Made by a program: the position numbers and the translations under genes. 64,000 nucleotides of DNA from a virus (lineage: Duplodnaviria; Caudoviricetes), in the IMG/VR virus record IMGVR_UViG_3300020431_000008, positions 13,603 through 77,602 of that record; one strand, 5' to 3'. Position 1 is the stretch's first letter; every line of letters starts with the position of its first letter. Below, one piece after another: positions 10,057 to 19,267 of this stretch. The notes below the pieces were generated by a model that saw only the letters and a program-made list of their open reading frames with translations, ran no database searches and was not told where the DNA came from.

Positions 10057-10605
10057 TCAGGATACTTGTACTTGTTGGATAAAGACCTTCCCAGTTCCAG
10101 TCTCTGTTTTGACTGCAACTTTAAGTGACCTTCTTAAGGTTGCTCCTGCATCATTAAATCCAGCAGTTACAGAACTGGAGTCATGATCAACAGTAATTCT
10201 TGTATTATAGTATCCACTAATACCAGGAGTACTATCTACACTACTAACAATTTTATGAGAAAAATCATAAGTAGATGCATTCACCACTGTAAGACTTACA
10301 GCATCACCCACTCCAAAAGGACTTCCTGTTCCTTCAGGGAAATCAATAATTGTTGAAGTACCAGTAGTAACACCAACAACTCTTTGAGAACCAACTGGTC
10401 CTATTGAAATAACTTCTGATTCAGTTGATGAAACATAGAAATTACTATTTGTTGCTGTTGGATTGGTGCCAATTGCAACATAGACACCAGATGTTTCTGC
10501 TAAAACTCTAATAGAGTCAGTTTTCTGAGGAATAGCAGCAGTTTGAGCAGATGCTGTGCTGGTAGCAGCAGTTATATTAACACCTACTGGCTTTAACGCA
10601 GACAT
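10057..10605 (-). CDS. Hypothetical protein, probably virion-associated
   Basis: 182-aa Ser/Thr/Val-rich ORF between gp20 and gp21 with its own late promoter. Confidence 0.8.
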   Translation of the reverse strand: MSALKPVGVNITAATSTASAQTAAIPQKTDSIRVLAETSGVYVAIGTNPTATNSNFYVSSTESEVISIGPVGSQRVVGVTTGTSTIIDFPEGTGSPFGVGDAVSLTVVNASTYDFSHKIVSSVDSTPGISGYYNTRITVDHDSSSVTAGFNDAGATLRRSLKVAVKTETGTGKVFIQQVQVS

Positions 10606-10633
10606 TATTTTTAATTACAAGGTTTCTATACAA

Positions 10634-10640
10634 TATTTAG
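10634..10640 (-). promoter_or_regulatory. Late promoter (CTAAATA)
   Basis: tatttag on plus strand upstream of ORF ending at 10605. Confidence 0.55.
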
Positions 10641-10643
10641 TAT

Positions 10644-10832
10644 TTACTCTGATTCAACCTCAGAAGACTCATCACTTTCTACTCCTTGAATATCATCAAA
10701 GATAGAAGAGGCAACATTAGGTCTGATTGCTTCAATTCTTTCTGCTGATTTTGCAAACAACATATCTTTGATTTGATCACTAATTTGTGAAGGTGATTCA
10801 TCTTTCACCATTGAATTCATTAATTCTTCCAT
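10644..10832 (-). CDS. Small acidic protein, positional analogue of the T4 prohead core proteins gp67/gp68
   Basis: 62 aa, acidic C-terminus, directly after portal; the T4 analogy rests on position only. Confidence 0.7.
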   Translation of the reverse strand: MEELMNSMVKDESPSQISDQIKDMLFAKSAERIEAIRPNVASSIFDDIQGVESDESSEVESE

Positions 10833-10858
10833 TGTCTATAAAATGACTTCTTTGTTAT

Positions 10859-12538
10859 TTAGAAGTCCCCACCTTTGGGGGGTTTAATTTCAGGAGTAGT
10901 TGGAATTTCTCCAGACATCCCATTGATAGAACTTCCTGCACCATTTGGGGCAATGCCTCCCATTTCAGGTGAAGCAGGTTGGCCAGTCATTGGGTCAACA
11001 GGCATTGCATTTGGGTCAGGAATTATTCCCTCTTCAATCTCACCTGCAATCAACTTATCCTGTTCAAGAATCTCAGCATCACTTTGTTGGAGGATATTTC
11101 TTCTGACATAATCATTAGAGTAGTACTTACCAACATAAGGTTCAACCAATGAAGCAAGATTAATTCTTTCAGTGGTCAGTTCTGTGTTCTTAAGTTCTGC
11201 AAAGTGATTATCATATAAGAAATCATACTGAATATGATCTTCCATGATCTCCCAATCATCTGTAGTGATAATATTTTTAAGTAGAAGTTGAGTCTTCAGC
11301 ATATCATTGAACAGATCAGAGAATCTTTTTCTCATTCTTCCAACAAACTTGGAGAACTTGATCTCATCTCTTAGAATCTCAGAAGAACGACCCATTGAAA
11401 AACCTCCCTCTTGTTGAAGTCTGGTCTCAGGGACATTTAATGATCTATAAAGTTTCTTCTGAAAATAATTAATATCAGTAATTTCACCAAGATTTTGTCC
11501 ACCAGGAAGTGTAGTAATTTCTGTTCCTCTACCACCTTCTCTTCTAGGTAACCAGAAATCTTCTAGCATACTCATATGCTTTTTATCATCTCTGACCTCA
11601 CCAGTTGATGAGTCATAAACCAACTTGTTACGATATCTCATCATAACATCACGCAGATACTGTTCTGCTTTTACCTTTGGAAGATTGCCAACATCAATAT
11701 AGAAAATTCTTCTTTCTGGTGCTCTTGAGAGTCTGTAAATAACTAGACTATCTTCAATCATCATTAACTGATTGAGAGGTTTAATTGCTTTATGTAACCA
11801 GGAAAGAGTTGATCCTTTGTTTCTATCTACCAAACCTGAAGTACAATAGGCAACAGAATCACGAGTCATTCTGATTCCCTTTCCATCACTAGTATTACCA
11901 GTTCCATATCCATTGGTATTTCCTGTCTGAAATCCTCCTGGATTGTATATAAAATACTCTTCAATTTCAGGAAAATTATATGTTGAAGGGTTGTTACTAT
12001 TGACAGCTAATCCAGTTTCTTTTGGTTTTTGTGCTTGACGAATATAACGCATCTTAGACGCATCAATATATCTTAGTTCTTGGATACCATCTTGTGGTCT
12101 CTTTTGGTCAATGACCTTGTTATAGTATAGTCTCCCATCAATATACCAATTCCTAAAAATTTCATGGGATTTACTATCAAAGTCTAGAAGTTCAAGAATA
12201 TATTTGAATTCTTCTCTTATCTTTCTTTTGATGCCATCACTTGCTCTAAGATTTGATAACTCAAGACTAACTGGGCTATCATTTGTATCTGAAACAATTG
12301 CTTCATTTACGATATCTTCAATGGCACTATCACATTCAGGGTAAAGTGCCATTGATCTATATCTTCTGATCAATTCATTTTCATTTTTGTAGACACCTTC
12401 AATATCTACATAAGAACCATAAAACCCAGAGCTAACATAGTGATCCGATCCATCCTGGTTAGAAGGAGGGACCGGTGATACTAGACCTGGGGGATTCTTT
12501 TCATTATCCTCAATTGAGAAACCAAATAATCTCGCCAT
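10859..12538 (-). CDS. gp20: Portal vertex protein
   Basis: WYIDGRLYY, IYRLSRAPERRIFYIDVGNLPK, EDFWLPRREGGRGTEITTLPGG. Confidence 0.97.
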   Translation of the reverse strand: MARLFGFSIEDNEKNPPGLVSPVPPSNQDGSDHYVSSGFYGSYVDIEGVYKNENELIRRYRSMALYPECDSAIEDIVNEAIVSDTNDSPVSLELSNLRASDGIKRKIREEFKYILELLDFDSKSHEIFRNWYIDGRLYYNKVIDQKRPQDGIQELRYIDASKMRYIRQAQKPKETGLAVNSNNPSTYNFPEIEEYFIYNPGGFQTGNTNGYGTGNTSDGKGIRMTRDSVAYCTSGLVDRNKGSTLSWLHKAIKPLNQLMMIEDSLVIYRLSRAPERRIFYIDVGNLPKVKAEQYLRDVMMRYRNKLVYDSSTGEVRDDKKHMSMLEDFWLPRREGGRGTEITTLPGGQNLGEITDINYFQKKLYRSLNVPETRLQQEGGFSMGRSSEILRDEIKFSKFVGRMRKRFSDLFNDMLKTQLLLKNIITTDDWEIMEDHIQYDFLYDNHFAELKNTELTTERINLASLVEPYVGKYYSNDYVRRNILQQSDAEILEQDKLIAGEIEEGIIPDPNAMPVDPMTGQPASPEMGGIAPNGAGSSINGMSGEIPTTPEIKPPKGGDF

Positions 12539-12565
12539 TATTATTTAAACTAGTTCTGTTCTAGT

Positions 12566-12572
12566 TATTTAT
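12566..12572 (-). promoter_or_regulatory. Late promoter (ATAAATA) upstream of gp20
   Basis: Overlaps the gp19 stop; followed by a short aactag/ctagtt inverted repeat. Confidence 0.65.
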
Positions 12573-13207
12573 CATTGAATCAGAGTCTGCCCTGCTGCTC
12601 CTCTGTTTGCCTGTGTAGAATTGCCAACTGTGAAGTACTGAACCTGGAAGGTTACAGTAAAATCTTCAATCTGGTCACTGTTATCATAACTAAGTTCAAT
12701 AGCACTGACTTCAGTGGGGAAGATGTCATAGAACTTATAAGTTCTAAGTTCTGATGAAGTTCCGCCAACATTTTTGGCAGAATTAGCAGTTCTTCCTCTA
12801 CCAAGTTGTGTTACATATGCATCAGTCATATATGATGAAGGGTTAGTAACACCAGTAGAATCACTTAGTCTATTCATAGTATTCATCCAAATCTCAAAAG
12901 CAGTTCTGAGTTGGAAATCCTCATCATTGATGACTGTAACAGTCCAGGGTTCAAAGGTCCTGTCACCTGCAACTTTCAGAGTTCTACCTCTGAAAGGAAC
13001 AGGCACTTCTGCCATCGTTGATGCAGGAAGTTGAGCTGCCTTTGCTAAGAAACTGAAAGTTGATGCTTCTCTGCCTGAACCAGTTCTCCAAACTCTATCA
13101 CCTACTGCAGATGGGAAAGATGGAAGTGTGACTTCGAATAGATTGGAACGGGCACCACCGCCCGCCAATCTGTTCTTAAACTGAGAGAGTGTTCTTGTGT
13201 CTGCCAT
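12572..13207 (-). CDS. gp19: Tail tube protein
   Basis: GGGARSNLFEV, VPFRGRTLKVAGDRTFEPWTVTVINDEDF. Confidence 0.96.
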   Translation of the reverse strand: MADTRTLSQFKNRLAGGGARSNLFEVTLPSFPSAVGDRVWRTGSGREASTFSFLAKAAQLPASTMAEVPVPFRGRTLKVAGDRTFEPWTVTVINDEDFQLRTAFEIWMNTMNRLSDSTGVTNPSSYMTDAYVTQLGRGRTANSAKNVGGTSSELRTYKFYDIFPTEVSAIELSYDNSDQIEDFTVTFQVQYFTVGNSTQANRGAAGQTLIQ

Positions 13208-13240
13208 TGTTGTGTCCTCTTATAAGTTAATTAGTAGATA

Positions 13241-15442
13241 TCAAAGTGAACCAACAACTTCATCAAAACTGACTCCAGTTCTGGTAGCAACAAATGTCAG
13301 AGTGACATAGTTGATTGCTCTGGTTGGCTTGATAAAGATGTCTGCTCTAAACTCATTGTTATCAATAATGTCAGGAGTGTTGTTTGTGGTGTCACAAATA
13401 ACAACAAACTCAAAAATACCTCTCTGTGCCTGAACATCCCTTAAGTAAGGTTCAACAATGTTAATGAAGTTTGATCTAGTCTCATCATCATTTAATTCAA
13501 AGAGTTGATCATTTGCTGCACTTTCAAGTGCTTGCTCAACAGTGAGGAACAGTCTTCTAACATTGATTCTGTCAAAGGCAGAATTGTATCCAAGACCAGT
13601 CTTGTCACCAAACAGTACAATACCTTGACCTGCTTGATTAATTACAGAGTTAATTCTGTTACCATACAGAACATCTCTTTGTGCTTTGTTGGGGTTAAAT
13701 GCTAACTTAACAGCATTGTTAATGGTTCCTCTTTGTTGTCCAGCAGGGGAGAACCAAGGGAATGCTTCAATGCTTGTTCTTACCATTAATCCAGCAATAT
13801 CTCCATTAAGTGGGATATATCTAAAGGTATTATTGAATCTGTCATACATGTACTTGTATCCAGAATCAAATACTGCATATGAGGAAGATGTCAATGGTGA
13901 GTAGAATTTCACCAGTGCATTCTGTTGCTCATTAGTGATTGTTTGACCAACAATATTTGTCCTATCAGGTGAAATAGTAGCAATACAATCTTTTCTTTGT
14001 TCAGCAATAGAAATCAGAAGATTTGCTTTTGCTTGTGTTTCTACAAGACTTCCGCAACCAGGACCCATGATAATATAATCAACTGAAATCTCATCCCTGT
14101 TAGAGAAGAGATTATATGATTCAGTCAGATCACCTAGATCTGCATTCATACCCCCATTTGCACTATAATCTTGACCACCTAAGAATGCATAGGTAGCATT
14201 GCCAATTACAGCATACTGTGTTCCTTGAGCATTTTGTCCCCAAAGACCACCACCAGGGGTGATTTTTGTAAATCCAGAACTAAATCCAGAAGCAGTTGGG
14301 ACTGTATTGTTGTAGGAATCATTGTCAACTGATAGATTTCTTCCTGCAAACACATACTGCGAATTCAGTGCAATAAAATCTTTATACCAGGACTTGGATG
14401 GTGCATCACCATCAGTCTCTCCATCAAGTGCCTTAGACAAGAAAGTATGTCTCTCCAGGATATTACCTTGAATGCCAGTTACCTTGCCTTCATCATCAAT
14501 CACTGCTACATGAAGAGCATCATTTCTACCCTTTCTCTGTGCAACATAATTTGTTGTAAGAGGTTTTGGAGCAATAGACTTCCAATATAATGTAGAGTTA
14601 GTCAGACCAAGTGTCTGCTCATCATACCAGTCAACTGCAGTGACTGCAGTGAAACTTTCAGCTACTGCTTCCTTACCTGTTTGTATTCCAGCATTGTTAT
14701 AGATCTCAATGGAATCTAATGCCTCAACAGATCTAGCAGGATCATTCTGTTGATAATCCATAACTGTTTCAGTTCCAGCACTTGAAACTCTTGAAACAAT
14801 TCTTACATCAATAGAACTGTTGCCACTTACAGTATCAGTGGTAACACCTGTGATAATGCCTTTGATATATCCATTGAATAAAGATGTTGTACCTGCTCCA
14901 GGAATAACTGCACTTGAAAGAACTGCAGTTATCCCATATCCAGTGAGAATATTTGATTCAGCAAGACTTGTTGTATTGATTCCAATAATTTGATCTGCAG
15001 CATTATCAATGAAGCAAACTTTTAATCCATCTGCCCAAGAACCTGGGTTTCTAGCTGCAAAGTTGAAATCCGATGCTGTAGAGTAATTTAGAGTGTAGTC
15101 ATCATAACTCTTAATTTTCAGAGTAGTGGTAGATGCTATACCAACTCCTGAATTAGAATTCTTGAGATTGTCTCCATCTGTTCTTACAACCTTAAGGACT
15201 CCTCCATAGGTCAAGTACTCAGAAGCTGTGAGCCAATACTCATAGTGTCTATCATTATTTTGAGGTTCTCCAAATGCTTGAAGAAGTTCTCCTTGAGTAT
15301 TGATATCAGTAGGTTCATCAATTGGACCCTGTGTAAAGGGTGCAGCAATTGCGCCAATGTTATCCAGTACGTTATCAGCTCTTCCGACTGTTAAATCAAC
15401 CTCCCTGACTATTACGCCTGGAGATAATTGAGGAGTCGCCAT
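13241..15442 (-). CDS. gp18: Tail sheath protein
   Basis: SPGVIVREVDLT, PWFSPAGQQRG, FDRINVRRLFL, IKPTRAINYVTLTF. Confidence 0.97.
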   Translation of the reverse strand: MATPQLSPGVIVREVDLTVGRADNVLDNIGAIAAPFTQGPIDEPTDINTQGELLQAFGEPQNNDRHYEYWLTASEYLTYGGVLKVVRTDGDNLKNSNSGVGIASTTTLKIKSYDDYTLNYSTASDFNFAARNPGSWADGLKVCFIDNAADQIIGINTTSLAESNILTGYGITAVLSSAVIPGAGTTSLFNGYIKGIITGVTTDTVSGNSSIDVRIVSRVSSAGTETVMDYQQNDPARSVEALDSIEIYNNAGIQTGKEAVAESFTAVTAVDWYDEQTLGLTNSTLYWKSIAPKPLTTNYVAQRKGRNDALHVAVIDDEGKVTGIQGNILERHTFLSKALDGETDGDAPSKSWYKDFIALNSQYVFAGRNLSVDNDSYNNTVPTASGFSSGFTKITPGGGLWGQNAQGTQYAVIGNATYAFLGGQDYSANGGMNADLGDLTESYNLFSNRDEISVDYIIMGPGCGSLVETQAKANLLISIAEQRKDCIATISPDRTNIVGQTITNEQQNALVKFYSPLTSSSYAVFDSGYKYMYDRFNNTFRYIPLNGDIAGLMVRTSIEAFPWFSPAGQQRGTINNAVKLAFNPNKAQRDVLYGNRINSVINQAGQGIVLFGDKTGLGYNSAFDRINVRRLFLTVEQALESAANDQLFELNDDETRSNFINIVEPYLRDVQAQRGIFEFVVICDTTNNTPDIIDNNEFRADIFIKPTRAINYVTLTFVATRTGVSFDEVVGSL

Positions 15443-15477
15443 GTTTTTCTCCTAAAGTGTCTCAGTTTAACTAAAAA

Positions 15478-15484
15478 TATTTAT
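15478..15484 (-). promoter_or_regulatory. Late promoter (ATAAATA) upstream of gp18
   Basis: tatttat on plus strand; AGGAG Shine-Dalgarno before ATG. Confidence 0.7.
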
Positions 15485-15524
15485 GAAAAAAGGCATTTTG
15501 AGTGGGGAAAATTGTGGTGAACAT

Positions 15525-15758
15525 CTACCAATCAGGATACTGCCAGTCCACAAATGGATTAAGATTCTTTCTGCTTTCTAATATTCTCCTTATAGTGCAG
15601 TCTTTGCATTCATATGAATAAGAAGATGCTACTGGTCCTCTATCCTTTCTAGTTCTATAGAAACCAGAAATCAAGTCTTTACTCTCTCCACAGGATCTAC
15701 ATGTTCTTATGTCAAGTAAGAGATGACCAAGTTTTATCTGCTCATCAAAGTTCATCAC
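15525..15758 (-). CDS. Small zinc-ribbon protein (CxxC...CxxC)
   Basis: RTCRSCG...YECKDC; overlaps the gp17 stop. Confidence 0.75.
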   Translation of the reverse strand: MMNFDEQIKLGHLLLDIRTCRSCGESKDLISGFYRTRKDRGPVASSYSYECKDCTIRRILESRKNLNPFVDWQYPDW

Positions 15759-17413
15759 CTATAGTCCCACATGTATGACAGTTCTCCGTATTCTGATGGG
15801 GATGCTGTAGACCACCTGTCTCCTTCATCATCCACAAAACTAGTATCATCAAATCCATCGCTAACAAAACCGAAGGGTGCCATATCTTGTTCAATCTGAT
15901 TTTTTTGTTCTTCATATAATCTCTTTCTGACATCTTGATCTGTAAGTTCTTTGAAGTAATCTTGTGCTACCAACCAAGCATAAATCACCAGACACATAGC
16001 AAGGTCATCATTGCAACCTTCTTCTGCTTCAAATGATCCATGTTTAGAAATAAATGTAGTCAGTTCAGATATGATTTCATAGTCACAGAAGTGTAACTTG
16101 TCTTCCTCAATCATTGTCTTGAGGTTGAGTGAACCAATCTTTTTAACTGTCTTAGACATCTTAACTCCCAACTGGGTCTTGGTTCCAGAAAAACCTTGAC
16201 CTACAACCTGACCTGCTCTACCTCTCATAGAACACATCAATATATTCTGATACTCTAAGTCATATTGCAGAATAGATGCTACTTGATCTCCAACATCATT
16301 GACTTCACAGAGAATAAATGCTTCATTATATTTCTTTGCTATATCATATATCACACTAGGAAATAGCATAGGTTTGATAGTATTGTCTCTATACTTCCCT
16401 ACAACTTTATGAGGAAATTCTGTTATATCAACAACAATAAAAGCAGAGTAATCGTTACCAACCCCACGTGCAACATCAACAGTAATTGCGTAATCATGTT
16501 TATCTCTTGGTGGTTCATAGATATCTAAACCAGCATTTGTTTTAATAGGTTTTTCATATACCAAAGCTTTCAATTTGCTTGCCGCAATTAATGTATCAAC
16601 AGATCCTAAAAATTCACATTCAAACTCAATCTTAAACTGTTGATCAGATGTGTTAGCAATAGTTTGTTCTTTCCACTTGGAATCCCTTCCAGGAACTTCA
16701 GACCAGTGAACATCTGTGGGAACATATTGATTTCTACCTCTTTCAGCATCATGCCACATTCTATAGAAGTGGTTCATGCCATGAGGCGTAGAAACAATAA
16801 TTACCTTTGTTGATTTACCAGAAGTAATAGTAGGATATACAGATGCAAAGAAGGCATCTGCAATATGGTTTGGAACAAAGGCAAACTCATCTAGGAAGAG
16901 AATGTTAAATGACATACCTCTGACAGCACTTGCAGATGTAGAAGCTGCCAATATCTTACTGCCATTCTCTAACTCTAAAGAACCTTTATTCCATGATAGA
17001 ATGCCCTGTTGCATCCATTTAGGTAAGTTTTCATATGCAATTTGCAATCTACTTAAAAGTTCTCTAGCAGTAGATGCCTTATTTGCTAGGATGCCAATAT
17101 TAACACTATCATTAAATACAGCATAATGAAGAAGAAATGATACTACAGTAGTAGACTTTCCAGTCTGACGTGGCATCTTGCAGATATTAAATCTATTCTC
17201 ATGGAAGTTCCTTACTAACTTCTCTTGGAAGTCATACAATTTAAAAGGTTGAAGACCATGGTCCAGAGTCACAATCTGGACATAGTTTTTAGCAAAGTAA
17301 ACTGGATCTTGCTTGCACTTAATATACTCCTGAATTTGCTCTTGAGTAAATTCAATGGAAGTATTTGCTTTTTTTAAATTAGGATTTCCTAGATATATAT
17401 TCTCATTATTCAT
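15755..17413 (-). CDS. gp17: Terminase large subunit
   Basis: MPRQTGKST Walker A, LFLDEFAF Walker B, IVSTPHGMNHFY, DVARG, NDDLAM nuclease motifs. Confidence 0.98.
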   Translation of the reverse strand: MNNENIYLGNPNLKKANTSIEFTQEQIQEYIKCKQDPVYFAKNYVQIVTLDHGLQPFKLYDFQEKLVRNFHENRFNICKMPRQTGKSTTVVSFLLHYAVFNDSVNIGILANKASTARELLSRLQIAYENLPKWMQQGILSWNKGSLELENGSKILAASTSASAVRGMSFNILFLDEFAFVPNHIADAFFASVYPTITSGKSTKVIIVSTPHGMNHFYRMWHDAERGRNQYVPTDVHWSEVPGRDSKWKEQTIANTSDQQFKIEFECEFLGSVDTLIAASKLKALVYEKPIKTNAGLDIYEPPRDKHDYAITVDVARGVGNDYSAFIVVDITEFPHKVVGKYRDNTIKPMLFPSVIYDIAKKYNEAFILCEVNDVGDQVASILQYDLEYQNILMCSMRGRAGQVVGQGFSGTKTQLGVKMSKTVKKIGSLNLKTMIEEDKLHFCDYEIISELTTFISKHGSFEAEEGCNDDLAMCLVIYAWLVAQDYFKELTDQDVRKRLYEEQKNQIEQDMAPFGFVSDGFDDTSFVDDEGDRWSTASPSEYGELSYMWDYR

Positions 17414-17429
17414 AAATTAATCTTTCAAA

Positions 17430-17436
17430 TATTTAG
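17430..17436 (-). promoter_or_regulatory. Late promoter (CTAAATA) upstream of gp17
   Basis: tatttag on plus strand, 17 nt upstream of ATG. Confidence 0.55.
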
Positions 17437-17437
17437 A

Positions 17438-18766
17438 TCAACAGTTCCAAGCTCTGAGTGATTTGGACAGTCTATCATCACCAGTGTTATTGGAAGGTTT
17501 CTGCCTCTTTCTCATCCCTTTCATCCTTGCACAGAATGATGTTCTTCTCTTGTTGCCAACCTTCTTTGAAGGTGCCTTCAAATCAGAACCAGGATTTTCT
17601 TTTTCATAAGACTTACGACCCTTCTCATTTAAACCACCTGAAGAGTTTTTACCAGACTTTTTTGTCCAAGCAGCTCCTTCACTCATATCACCACCTTCAC
17701 CTTCATCATGATCTTCATCTTTCATCAAGTCACCATTTGGCATTACATGATAACCTTTAGGAATTGACTTACATTTTTTGGAATCATTGCAGTAGTACTC
17801 ACCTTTAGAGCAACTCTTACTAGATTTTTCATGTTCTTCAACATGAAGAAGTGTTTCTCCAGGTTGAAAGGGAGTGATTTCATATCTCATCACTCTAGAA
17901 CCAGGATAGATTCCATCAAGCGCTTTTTCAACTTCTTCTCTAGCAGGTCTTTTAATTTCTGGAAAGAAGATCTTCATCATCATATACTTGCCTCTCCAGG
18001 TAAATCCAACTAGATAGACATTGCCATTCTGTGAAGGCATTCTTACTGCTTCAGTCACCTCTTCAGTATAGTAACCTGTGTTGTTGCAATGTCTACAACC
18101 TTCACCCATACACTTAGGACATTCTTTCTTCATTTTTTCTCCATGTGTCACACATGGATCTTTGCCACACCCACAATTCTTCTTCTCCTCTATTACTTCT
18201 ACTTCTTCTTTGACAGATTTCCATCCACCACCTTTTGACTTATACCACTTAGATGCATATCCGTTAGCATAAGCAGAGGGGTATACATCAAATTTTGCTC
18301 TTGCCTTTGCTTTTGCCTGTGCCCATAATTTTGGATTAGTGGGTTTATTTTCCTCTTCAAAATATTCTAGATCTTCAGTTGCAAAGTGTCTATCCAGAAC
18401 TCTTGCAACAATAGGACTTGATTCTTTCATGGGGTTAAATGATTCGTGATTGTCTCCAGATGGATGCTTGTCATAGTCATCAGTATCTTTGAAAGTTCTG
18501 ACCATTGTTGGTTTAGCACCACCAGATTTCTTTTGTTGACCTTTGTCTTCAGATCTCTTTCTTCTCACAGCAGAGTTGATCTTTGCTTCGCCTTTTTTGC
18601 CCTGTGCCTTAAGACTTGCAAGTCTTTTAGAAGAGAAACACTTAGGTGTTTTGCCTTTGTCTTCTTTTTCATTAGCACATGGAGATCCATCTGATTGAAC
18701 CCAACCAGGTTTTCCTCCTTTTGATTTGGATTTACCAAACCAATCTCTAAGGTCTTCGTTAATCAT
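17438..18766 (-). CDS. Modular Lys/Cys-rich late protein, putative internal head protein
   Basis: 442 aa of short basic modules separated by Glu-rich linkers; preceded by perfect TATAAATA; function inferred. Confidence 0.75.
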   Translation of the reverse strand: MINEDLRDWFGKSKSKGGKPGWVQSDGSPCANEKEDKGKTPKCFSSKRLASLKAQGKKGEAKINSAVRRKRSEDKGQQKKSGGAKPTMVRTFKDTDDYDKHPSGDNHESFNPMKESSPIVARVLDRHFATEDLEYFEEENKPTNPKLWAQAKAKARAKFDVYPSAYANGYASKWYKSKGGGWKSVKEEVEVIEEKKNCGCGKDPCVTHGEKMKKECPKCMGEGCRHCNNTGYYTEEVTEAVRMPSQNGNVYLVGFTWRGKYMMMKIFFPEIKRPAREEVEKALDGIYPGSRVMRYEITPFQPGETLLHVEEHEKSSKSCSKGEYYCNDSKKCKSIPKGYHVMPNGDLMKDEDHDEGEGGDMSEGAAWTKKSGKNSSGGLNEKGRKSYEKENPGSDLKAPSKKVGNKRRTSFCARMKGMRKRQKPSNNTGDDRLSKSLRAWNC

Positions 18767-18785
18767 ACCAAATGAGAGTTTCTTT

Positions 18786-18793
18786 TATTTATA
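18786..18793 (-). promoter_or_regulatory. Late promoter TATAAATA
   Basis: Perfect consensus 20 nt upstream of ORF start 18766. Confidence 0.8.
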
Positions 18794-18800
18794 ATTAATA

Positions 18801-19259
18801 CTAATTTTCAATAGTATCAGTGAGATCATCTGGCCAAGTTACCATTTCTGGTTCAGATACTGAAGATGTGATATCTCTCAGTTTTTGCATATAAGTATCA
18901 AGTTTACTGATACTATCTGTTGTGGTTGTTATTCCAAGTCTTACTTCACTTTGATATCTAAAAATTCTCCATTCAGCTTCTTTAATTTTTTCATTTCTAG
19001 TTTCTCTAATTTCTCCCCAAAGAGCAAGAGTTTTAGATGCAATTTCTTCTTCAGTTAAAGCAATAACTTCCCATGCTGATCCATTCCAAATAACTTTTTC
19101 AGTATCACTAAATGATGGATTTTCTCCAGCAAGCACATATCCAGCATCAGTAATTTCTTCTTCAGTAAATGTAGAAGAATCTGTGCGAGTAAGACCAGAG
19201 GAAAGACGAATTCTTTCTGGTAAAGGTCCTGGGAATTGATTGTTATGTGAATAAAGCAT
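18801..19259 (-). CDS. Tail-fibre assembly chaperone-like protein
   Basis: C-terminal W..IR..RN..I.EAEW...Y.QKLRDIT...VTWP pattern typical of phage tail assembly chaperones. Confidence 0.7.
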   Translation of the reverse strand: MLYSHNNQFPGPLPERIRLSSGLTRTDSSTFTEEEITDAGYVLAGENPSFSDTEKVIWNGSAWEVIALTEEEIASKTLALWGEIRETRNEKIKEAEWRIFRYQSEVRLGITTTTDSISKLDTYMQKLRDITSSVSEPEMVTWPDDLTDTIEN

Positions 19260-19267
19260 TTTAGATT

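Noticed and set aside
15745-15933. Alternative-frame minus ORF inside gp17, and similar nested ORFs at 2263, 7186, 20679, 22298, 32001, 34116, 38960 and 46571
   Set aside because: Entirely nested in well-supported genes with no independent signals
6782-17413. Introns, inteins or homing endonucleases in gp17, gp18, gp20 or gp23
   Set aside because: ORFs are continuous with expected lengths; no intein (C...HN) or LAGLIDADG/GIY-YIG/HNH signatures recognised
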